A program made the translations under genes and the position numbers. Below the pieces are notes generated by a model. That model ran no database searches, was not told where the DNA came from, and saw only the letters and a list, made by a program, of their open reading frames with translations. From Malacoraja senta (lineage: Eukaryota), in the NCBI GenBank assembly GCA_038087875.1, contig CM075994.1:2792001-2856000 (forward strand): a DNA stretch of 64,000 nucleotides. Reading direction: 5' to 3'. Positions 41,401-51,257 of the stretch are shown here, in pieces; the first letter of the stretch is position 1; each line of letters opens with the position of its first letter.

Positions 41401-42181
41401 TATCAGAGGTCCCAGCATTGATATGAAAGCACCACATTTGAGTGTTTCTGAACCAAAATCGAAGTTTCAAATGCCAAAGGTCGAATTGCCTTCCATCCGA
41501 ATGTCTGGACCTAAAACACCAGATCTGGGTGTTAATTCTTCAGTAAAAGTGCCTAGCGTTGATGTGGCAGGTCCTTCTATTAAGGGGAATTATAAATCCC
41601 CTGACTTTGGGATCGATGTTCCTAATGTGTCTCCGGGAAATGTGGACCTCAATCTACCAACAGGAAATATAAAAGGAGGTGCAGGTATTGACATGTCTGG
41701 ATTTCACAAAAGAAACATGCAGGATGCAAACATAGGTGTTAAAGATACAAAGTTCAGTGTTAGTTCTCCAAATCTGAATGGCGAATTTCGTGAAGTTGGT
41801 GTTGACGTGAGCTCCCCGAATCCTTCTGCTCAACTGTATTCACCCAAATTAAAAGTAAGCACAGATGAAAATATCAACATGCAGAATAATTTTTCAAGAG
41901 AAACATTTAAATTAAGATCATCCTCTGCATCTGATCTAGATGATATAACTGCACAAGGAAAATACAATACCAATTTACAAGCAAGAACATCTAGTTCCAT
42001 AAATGTCAATGATCCCTCCGTGAGTAAAAAAAATAAGTTCAATTTGTCAAAATTATTCAATTTTAATCATAAATCAAAGGGATCAGTTGATTTCACAAAG
42101 GCTCGGGCAGCAACATCTCCTGGAATATTTAAACCAAACTCTCTATTCCCACAGCTTGAGTTTTCCGTGTCTAAAGATTGA
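32291..42181 (+). CDS. AHNAK/periaxin-family giant repeat protein (AHNAK-like), spliced CDS join(32291..32438,32583..32740,32859..33396,34980..42181), about 2681 aa
   Basis: All three introns are GT-AG and phase-compatible (1,0,1), and the total of 8046 nt is open to TGA at 42179-42181. PDZ segment DSPVARVGTLKKGDQLNAVTIHFDNL..YTEPYK; LYNSKIKPHLK resembles AHNAK IYTTKIKPRLK; KMPKF/GPKGPDVD/DLKLPKG repeats; C-terminus PQLEFSVSKD resembles AHNAK PEVELSVSTKKE. Confidence 0.9.
32583..32740 (+). CDS. AHNAK-like coding exon 2 (second half of PDZ)
   Basis: ttttgtag|GT GAT CAA; GDQLNAVTIHFDNLNSKEVGKILKYTEPYKTSLKLNTKG...SSYM|gtaaag. Confidence 0.88.
32859..33396 (+). CDS. AHNAK-like coding exon 3
   Basis: cctttcag|GGA AGC; GSSDQTYLKLYNSKIKPHLK...APNVK-G|gtaaca; in frame with ORF 32886..33422. 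Confidence 0.87.
33957..34260 (+). mobile_element. tRNA-derived SINE (elasmobranch type) in the last coding intron of the AHNAK-like gene
   Basis: A box TGGCGCAATGG, B box GGTTCGATCC, conserved GGTTTCCTCCCAC core, (CTAAA)n tail. Confidence 0.88.
34980..42181 (+). CDS. AHNAK-like giant terminal exon (repeat region and C-terminal domain)
   Basis: ccatttcag|AT GTC GGC acceptor (phase 1), in frame with the 2342-aa ORF 35153..42181; 7.2-kb open frame. Confidence 0.92.
35200..41420 (+). repeat. Coding higher-order tandem repeat: 846-bp (282 aa) A module and 411-bp (137 aa) B module
   Basis: Anchor GGATCTGCTGG at 35651, 36497, 37343, 39026, 40289; the Trp codon of GV(K/N)WP at 38009, 38420, 39683, 40955, 41366. 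Confidence 0.9.
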
Positions 42182-42855
42182 CGATAAATTGCATTTGCTG
42201 CTTTTAAGACATGATTTATTCCAGCAACAGATACACAATTCTCCTAAATTAGCCTCAATAAATATAAATAATCATTGGTGTATTTCTACAATAACATTTT
42301 ATTTGGCCTTATTTAGTAAAAACAAAAAGAATATTAAATTCAAAATGGCAGGCCCAAGGCAGTAAATTGGGCTACTCTGGAATACTATATTTTTATGGAT
42401 ACACATTTAAAGACATTTAAGATTGTCGAGGCTAGTAGACCTGCTTCCCCACTGCAAAAATAAGTCTGGGTTCAAACCTAACCTTCATTGCTGACTGTGT
42501 AGACTTTGCAAGTTCCCCCTGTGACCACGCAAGTTTCCTCCAGGTGCCCAGGTTTCCTCCCACATCCAAAGACGTGTAGGTTGGGTAGATCGATTGGTCC
42601 CTTTATATTTTCCCCAGTGTGTAGGTGAGCGAGTTGATGGGAATGTGCAAGAATAAAAGAAATAGGATTAATGTAGGATTGGTGTAAATGCATGTTCTGT
42701 GATTGGTGTGTACTCTGTAGGCCAAGGCATCTCTTTCCATGCTGACTAATTCTATGACTCTATTTCTAGCCTTTTGATGGGTTATAGTGTGGGACTCACA
42801 TGAAAGGATGTTTACTTAATGAACCTAAATGTAAAGTTAACAACCTGAAGAAATA

Positions 42856-43333
42856 AAAGGTAGACAATCTACATCGGTGAGACCAAGTGTAGGCTTGGCG
42901 ATCGTTTCGCCGAACACCTCTGCATTAACCAACCTGATCTCCCTATGGCTCAGCACTTCAACTTCCCCTCCCCTTCCGAATCCGACCTTTCTGTCCTGGG
43001 CCTCCTCCATGGCCAGAGTGAACACCACCAGAAATTGGAGGAGCACCTCATATTTCGCTTGGGCAGTTTACACCCCAACGGCATGAACATTAACTTCTCT
43101 AATTTCCGGTAGCCCTTATTGTCTCCTCCTCTTCTCAGCCCCCCCTCAGCCCTTTGGCTCCTCCTCTTCCTTTCTTCTTCCCACCCCCCTCCCCCACCCT
43201 ACATCAGTCTGAAGAAGGGTTTCGGCCGGAAACGTCGCCTATTTCCTTTGCTCCATAGATGCTGCTGCACCCGCTGAGCTTCTCCAGCACTTTTGTCAAC
43301 CTTCGATTTTCCAGCATCTGCAGTTCCTTCTTG
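42856..43333 (+). mobile_element. Penelope-like element 3' fragment (GIY-YIG remnant plus pLTR with hammerhead core)
   Basis: YIGETKCRLGDRFAEHL; 17-bp flanking duplication AACAACCTGAAGAAATA (42839-55 and 43334-50); CTGAAGA..GAAACGTC at 43209-43236. Confidence 0.82.
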
Positions 43334-44897
43334 AACAACCTGAAGAAATACTTTATCTAAAAATTCTGGAAGCACCTTTATCGCCTTGTTCCATCCTTAT
43401 CTTTGGAGATTAGGTCTTTTTCAGTCTTTCTTTCAGGGTCTTTTTTTAATTCTAATTTTACCAATTTGTTTGTGTATCAGCACAAAAATTTGGAAAAGTA
43501 AAAAAAACAACTAAAATGGCAAAACATTCAACTCAATTCTGATCTTCTTTGAAAGTGGCATCTCTAAACTAGGAACCTGATTTCTACTTTCATATTCATA
43601 AAATCTTGCAAGTTATTTTACTCAAGAGTCCAAAATTATACGCATCTCATATTTAATTGTCATCTTTGAATAAAGCTTCACTTCAAACTTACATGTAATG
43701 GAAATGTTCATACCAGGTAGTAACACATAGGGATAAGCTAAAGATATTTACTTAAAATAGAGGTATATATTTATAGATCAGGATTGTACAGGGTTTTCTT
43801 AATTCTTCAATGTCAAATTCAATGTATAAAATAGTTTATTTGAAATTTGAATGTAAATTTGAAATATATTAAGTGATTCTTGAATAGTCAAGCCTATGTA
43901 TTAAATGTTATTGTTTTATTCTAACATAAAAGACTCCAGTTTTATTGAAGGAACCACGTTACAAGGATATTTATGGGAATATATTAACTATGCATTGGGA
44001 TAATTTGCTTGAAATTGGATCTTTGGTTATCAGATTTTGTAACAGTTTTAATATGATGACTGCACTTTACCTGTACATTCTTATGTGGATAATATAACGC
44101 TTTCTTCTTCAACATTTGTTCTGAACTCATTGATTTATGATTTCACATAAATGTTTCTGAAAATATGAGTTGCAATATGTTTTCTAAACCAACCAGGTGA
44201 TTCATGATAACTGAAAATTGAAAGTATTGAAGGGCCACTTCACATTACGTTCTGCTATACTTTTTGCAACAAGTACACAGAATCTTCGCAACCATCCTGC
44301 TTTCAGTGAATTCAGATGTAAAATGTGTAGATGTATCAAGAATCCCTCTGATGGCTTTTAACTTTGTGTTAACGAATTGTCTTGATACACTCCAAAATCA
44401 CTATGCATTGATGCAAAATGCTAGCAAATATTTACTCCCAGTCTTTTACATTACAGTTTGAAACAAGCAGCAAAACAAAGATATAACTGGAAAAATAATA
44501 CTTTAATCTATTAAGATTTAAAATATTCCTAAAGTTTCTCAGACCCGAACAAACAAATACATTCAGTCTTACCAGAAATTCAGTAGGTTTGGATTGTCCT
44601 GATGTTTCCAATTTAAAATGAGCTACTTTTTTTTTAACAGATATAGAATAGAAAGGCAGAGGAATAAATAGACACACAAATCATCACAATTCTTTCAGCT
44701 TTCCTATTGCTTCCTATTACTTTATATATTTCCTTTAAATATTTACACTGAACAGTAAAGAGTAAACACCAAGACATCTAAGCTCCATCTCTAAGTGTTT
44801 GACACAAAATGACAGAAGAAAAAATGGAACTTTCCCGAAGTAAAATGATTACAACAGGAAATTATGAATATAAATTCTGAACTTCTTTTAACTTTGT

Positions 44898-45289
44898 TTA
44901 TTTTGTATGCCACTGTTTAGGCCACTCTTTCTCTACCCACGCTTCCAGCACTTTCAGAATATCCACCCTTTTGTAAAACTTGCACAGGTCAATTAGCTGC
45001 GCTACAGTTCGGTCACTGTTCTTCAGCAAAAACTCTAAGGTTGGACTTTGCTGTTTCTGTTCCAAAAAGCAGAGTTCATCATAGGTCATGCCCCATTTGC
45101 TGGCAAAGTTCCTCCAGTTTTTGATGGTTGGGTGCAGTGGATCCAGCTTTAACCTCAGTGTGTACAACAGATCTTCATCGTTCATCATGTCACCAATGCA
45201 AGGAGATGGAGTGATGCATGTTGAAGTTAACAATGACTTTCTGCATGTGGTTTCTAAACAATATGTGCATGAATTACTGTCTTTCACAT
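44898..45289 (-). CDS. EDARADD: EDAR-associated death domain adapter, terminal exon (death domain)
   Basis: [60 protein letters not shown]...WVEKEWPK closely matches the recalled human EDARADD death domain; acceptor ctcatttgcag|AT (phase 1); TAA stop. Confidence 0.93.
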
Positions 45290-46244
45290 CTGCAAATGAG
45301 AAGTGGAGAATAGGTTTAGGAAACTGCTCGTCACTTAACATTTCTTTGCATTTATCACTGAAAATGCCATATATGAAATAACATTCCAAGGCTCTGCTGG
45401 AAAGTGTGCACATAGTCATTCACTAAAAGCAAATCAAGTGACTAACATAGTCTTCAAACATTAATAACCAACAAGCACACAAAAGAATAGTTAATAGGGC
45501 ACTGCTAGACCCATGCTACTGGGTATTGGGGAGGAGGGGGGGGGGGGAGAGATTTTCAGTTCACCACAGCATCGTCCAAGCCACAAGGTGACTCTGAGCC
45601 TTCCTGGTGCCACCACTTGGTTTTGATAAAACAATCAATTATAACATTCCAGCAATTAGTCGTTCAATGCAGAAACTTCCACAACTGTGGCAACATTATA
45701 AATTAGGAAATCACAGCCTCTCCGGTCACTCAGTGAAGGCAAAGATCCAAATGTTAGAAATAAGATACAGAAATCAATGGTAGTAGTCCAACAAGCCCCA
45801 CAAGCCTGCTCCAGCATTCAATAAGGTCATGGCTGATCCAATCTTGACCTCACCACCACATCCCCACTGTCTCCCATACCCTTTATTCAATTGTAGTTTA
45901 AATGTCTGTGACTCTGGCTTCTCAACTCATGCTGCCCTATATTTATACAAAATACAAAAGAACAAAATCAGCCTTTTACCCACTGAGTCCATGATGACCT
46001 TCAAGCACCCCTGCACACTAATTTAATGCTAATCCAATATTATACTCTCCTTATTCCCATCAACTCTCCCCAGATTCTACTGTGGGCCAACTAGTGGGTG
46101 GTTGTGAAGCAGCAATTCTACTAGCTGCCCGCCTGCACCACCTTAATCAGCTCAATAGTGTAGAAAATACCAGTCAAAATCCTCTGATAGAATAAATTCC
46201 ACCTATTTCTATTTTAAATATACAACCCTTTATTATGAAACTAT

Positions 46245-49200
46245 TCTGGCGGATGCAAAGACGTCAACCAAGTTTTCTGAACTGATTTATCAACACAATC
46301 GCTCCTTGACATACAGGTCTCTGCAAACACGTCTGATCACAACGGTGATCAGCAACACAACTGTGGCGCGAAAGCGAAACCACGTGAAAACAGCCCCTCC
46401 CGAGTCACGTGACCGGCTTCCGAACGCCGGGTTCGATACCTGCGTGTGCCAGCAGGCGCCGCTACTTGCCCCCCTCCCAGAATCCGCGGTACGGAAACAC
46501 ACGGGTAACCGGACGGTTGGACCAGAACGCGTAGTCCGAGGTCGCAGGGCGAGTGTAACATTCGGGACCGGTAAAACAGAACCGGAGAGACGCGACAAAC
46601 GCGAACGAGGGATGGGCGTAACAGAGGGGACTGGGGAAACATAACCAGGGGTAACAGGTGCAGATGGCGGCAAAACGGCCGGTGGACGCCCTCTACGCCG
46701 CGGAATGGCCACAGCCACCGGGATATTCTCGTCGACGTGGGCTGGCTTAAGGAGGCTGACGGAGACGAACTCCTCCCTGCCACCCATGTCCAACGTGAAC
46801 GTCGAGGTACCAGTCTCTAGTACCCTGTACGGACCTTCGTACACCCGCTGCAAGCGGTGAGCATCCCTACGAAGGAAAACATAAGCACAATCCCGTAACA
46901 TAGTATTCACATGCACCGCGGACGACCAGTGTCGGGAAGTGGGAACCGGGATCAAAGCGCGCGCACGCTCACGAAGGTCAGCTAGCACCGCCGAAGCCGG
47001 GACCTCCTGATCTCGGGTGCCGGGCAGAAAATCCCCAGGTACCCGCAAAACCGAGCCATAAACCAGCTCGGCCGAGGAGGCGTCGAGGTCTTCCTTAGGC
47101 GTAGTTCCGATGCCTAGGAGAACCCAGGGCAACTGGTCAACCCAATATGGGCCAGTGCGCCGGGCCTTCAACGCCGACTTGAGGTGTCTGTGAAACCGCT
47201 CGACTAAACCGTTCGACTCCGGATGATACGCGGTGGTCTGGTGCAGCTTCGCACCGTACAGCTGTGCCTTACCACACCACAGGGAGGACGTGAACTGGGC
47301 CCACGATCGGTAGTAATATCTGAAGGGACCCCAAAACGAGCAACCCAATTGGAGACAATAGCGTGTGCACAAGCCTCAGCGGAGGTATCAGTTAACGGTA
47401 TTGCCTCAGCCCACCTGGTGAACCTATCCACGATAGTTAGTAAGTGAGTGGCCCCACGCGAACACGGCAATGGACCCACCAGGTCAACATGGATGTGCAG
47501 GAACCTGCCGTCTGGAACAGCAAAATCCTGCACGGGCGGGCGCACATGCCTCTGCACCTTGGAAGTCTGACAGGGGACACAAGCGCGGGCCCATGCTGCG
47601 ACCTGCTTTCATAACCCGTGCCAAACGAACTTGGTTGCGACCAGGGCAGAGGTGGCGCGGATGGACGGGTGAGCTAGGCTGTGGATGGTGTCGAATATCC
47701 GACGCCTCCAGGCAATCGGGACGATCGGGCGGGCTTTACCCATTGAGACATCGCAAATGACTCTCACGCCTGCGGCGCCACAAGGCACCTCAGCCAGCTT
47801 AAGACCCAATTCAGCATTGCGGTAATCCTCCATGCCGGCGTCGGCTCGTTGGGCTGCTGCCAGCTCCTCATAATCCACACCTAGGTTTAAAGCGTAAACC
47901 TCAGGGACCGCCGGATGGGATAGCGCGTCGGCCACAACGTTCAGCTTCCCCGCCACATGCCGAATGTCAGATGTGAACTTGGATATGTAGGCGAGGTGCC
48001 GCTGTTGCCTGGCAGACCAGGGGTTGGTCACATTTAAAGCGAACGTGAGCAGCTTGTGGTCCGTGAATGCAGTAAACGCGCGGCCCTCTAGGAAATAATG
48101 GAAATGTCGGATCGCTAGGCAAAGCGCGAGGAGCTCCCTATCGAAAGCGCTGTACTTGATCTCCGGGGTCCGCAGCTCCCTGCTGAAAAACGCCAGCGGC
48201 TACCTACCCGCTGCTCGAGGACAGCACCCACCGCGACATCCGATGCGTCCACGGTGAGAGCCGTGAGGGCCGATGCCCTAGGGTGTACCAGCATGGTGGC
48301 GTTGACCAGCGCGGTCTTAGCCCCCTCGAAAGCTATCCCAGCCTCCTTGGATCAAACCAGATCCTTAGGCTTGCCTGCCAGACATTGGAACAACGCATGA
48401 TGGCGGCTACTGACGGGACGAATCGGTGGTAGAAATTGACCATTCCAATGAATTCCTGCAGGCCCTTGACGGATAGTGGCCTCGGGAAGCAACGGATTGC
48501 ATCGACCTTCTCAGGCAGCGGTTGTGCCCTGTGGCAGGTTATGCTGTGAACTAAAAAGGAGATGGAGCGCAATCCGGACTGGCACTTCGCGGGGTTGATC
48601 ACCAACCCGTGCTTATGTAGCCGTTCGAAGAGCAGGCGGAGGTGTTTACCGTGTTCAGCCTGCGAGCTGCTGGCCACCAGAATATCATCGGGATAGATGA
48701 ATATGAACGGCAAACCCCGCCCGACCTAATCCATTAGCCTTTGGAACACTTGAGCGGCGTTCTTCAGGCCAAAAGGCATCCTTGACCATTTAAAAAGGCC
48801 GAAAGGGGTGATGGTGGCCGTCTTAGGGACGTCGTCGGGATGGACCGAAATCTGATTATACCCACGGACAAGGTCGACCTTCGAGAAGAAGGCGGCGCCC
48901 TCCAAATGGGCCGAGAAATCTTGGAGGCTCGTTGAGACGCCTGTAATCACTGCAAGGTCTCCATCCCCCGGACGCTTTGGGCACCATATGCAAGGGCTAT
49001 CCGACCGCCGGACAATACCCATGTCTTCCATAAGCTGGAACTCGTCTCGTGCGATGCGCAGTTTATCGGGCGGGAGGCGGCGCGCGCGGGCGTGAACCAG
49101 TGGGCCCTCGGTGGGAATGTGGTGGACCATGCCATGACGGGGCGCGGCCCCGTTGAACCGGGGCGTGAGCAACCCTGGGAATTCAGTGAGAAGGGCTGCG

Positions 49201-50622
49201 AAAGGTTGCTGGATCTCAGCTACCTCGTCGAGTTGCTGTTGGGGTGTGAACGGGTTGCGCGGCTTGGTAGGGCACAGGTCCGACAACGGAACCATTCGCC
49301 CGCCTCGCACATCGACTAACAGGGAAAACGCGCGCAAGAAGTCGGCCCCCAATATCGGTTGGGCGACGTCAGCAACGGTGAACTTCCACTTATACGGGTG
49401 GGAGTCGAAATTTAAGTCCAGGGTCCGCGTACCGTAAGTACGAATGTCGTTCCCGTTAACGGCCGAGAGGACGGGTCCTACCTTACCGACGCGGGTATCT
49501 CGGGCAGTCGGTGGCAGGATGCTGGCTATGGCACCGGAGTCGACCAGGAAACTGTGGCCGGAGTGGCGATCACGGACGTAGAGGCGTTCGTTCAGGCCGA
49601 TCGCGTTCACCTCTATGGGCGATCGGCCGAGGCATTTCCCTGAAACGAACAGGGGCTTTGGCATCTTCGGGCTTCCACACCATAACGGAGATGGTAGTAG
49701 CACCAACGTCGTTGGCTGTACGCCTCTGGCTGCGGCGATGCTTCTTCGGCGCTGGGCAGATCCTGACCTTCGTCCCGATGTCGTCTCGGTTGCACCCGCG
49801 CCGTGGCAGTGGGGCGGGTGAAAGAACAAACGTCCCGCCGTCTGTGGGTCCACAGCTCGTCGGCTCTCTCCGCGAGGTGCTGGGGATCGCTGAAATCGGC
49901 TCTGGCGAGCATCAAATGGACCTCGTCTGGCATCTGCTCCAAGAACGCCTGTTCGAATAGCAGACACGGGCGATGCCCGTCCATCAGGGCCAGCATCTTC
50001 GCCATGGTGGATGGACGCCGATTGCCGACACTATCCATGTGCAGGATCTTCGCCGCCCTGTCTCTACAGCTGAGACCGAAGGTATGTAACAGCAGGGCCT
50101 TCAAACCTTCGTACTTTGCGATCGTCGGTGGGTCTCTAATATACGGCAACAGCCTCGAGGCACAGTCCTGTGGCAGAGCTCCTACCACATGGAAGTACAT
50201 TGTGTCATCTGCAATTATTCGATGCAGATGGAACTGTGCCTCAACGTGGGCGAACAACACCTGAGGTTGATCTGGCCAAAAGGAAGGTAGCTTGAAGCCC
50301 GGTGAGCCCTGCCTCGTGCCGGACGATTCTGCGGGGACGTAGTCCTCCTGCATGATCTCTTGTCTAACGATGGCTAGACAGGTCGGGGTCACCAATTTGG
50401 CGGATGCAAAGACGACAACCAAGTTTTCTGAACTGATTTATTAACATAATCGCTCCTTGGCATACAGGTCTCTGCAAACACGTCTGATCACAACGGTGGT
50501 CAGCAACACAACAGTGGCGCGAAAGTGAAACCGCGCGAAAACAGCAGCCCCTTCCGAGTCACGTGACCGTGGCTTCCGAATGCCGGGTTTGATACCTGCG
50601 TGCGCCAGCAGGCGCCGCTACA
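46245..50622 (-). mobile_element. Gypsy LTR retrotransposon (CsRn1-like) in an EDARADD intron
   Basis: LTRs 46245-46466 and 50396-50622; 4-bp TSD CTAT; PBS TGGTGACCCCGAC (tRNA-Trp); PPT GGGAGGGGGGCA; gag with CYYHLRYGVEARRCQSPC; protease FLVDSGA; RT YPDD; RNase H; integrase HVDLVGP..TDRG..ERFHR; frameshifted. Confidence 0.93.
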
Positions 50623-50932
50623 CTATCTCCATATGTTCTACATACCTTTCCCAGAGGAAATATCCTCTCCGCATTCACCCTGTCAATTCCCCTCGCAATC
50701 TTGTATTTTAATACGATCACTTAGCATTCCAATGAGTGAAGGCTCAAACATTTCATACTTCGACCCTCTCATCTTGAGATCAACTGAGTGAACCTTCTCT
50801 GCACTGCCTTCAGTGCAAATATATGTCTTCAAATATTAAGCTGAGTCAAACAAACCAGAGTGACAGAAAACACACACCAGAACCGATAAAAACACCTAGG
50901 AAATCAAAACACAAAGTGCTGGAGGAACTTAT

Positions 50933-51257
50933 GGGCAGCACGTTGGCGCAGCTGTAGAGTTGCTGCCTAATGCGCCAAACACCCGGGTTCGAGCTTGTAT
51001 AAATGTTCAAGCTTGAATACGGGAGCTGACTGGACAGAGTTTGTATGTTCTCGCCGTAATCTGCATGGGTTTTCTCCCGGATCTCCAGTTTCCTCCCACA
51101 CTCAGGAGAGGTACAGGTTTGTAGGTTAATTGGCTTGGTTTAATTGTAAATTGTCCCTAGTGTGTGTAGGATAGTGTTAGTGTACGGGGGTCACTGATTG
51201 CTGCATACTCGGTGGGCCGAAGAGCCTGTTTCCACGCTGTATCTCTAAATTAAACTC
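50933..51257 (+). mobile_element. tRNA-derived SINE
   Basis: Same family head, core and tail. Confidence 0.82.

Noticed and set aside
35032..41470. Many minus-strand ORFs (up to 279 aa) over the giant exon
   Set aside because: Antisense shadows of the repetitive, codon-biased AHNAK-like frame; they repeat with the same 846/1263-bp periods.
45290..45419. N-terminal part of the 173-aa ORF taken as a single-exon death-domain gene
   Set aside because: A strong acceptor at 45290 and an in-phase upstream exon indicate this part is intron read-through.
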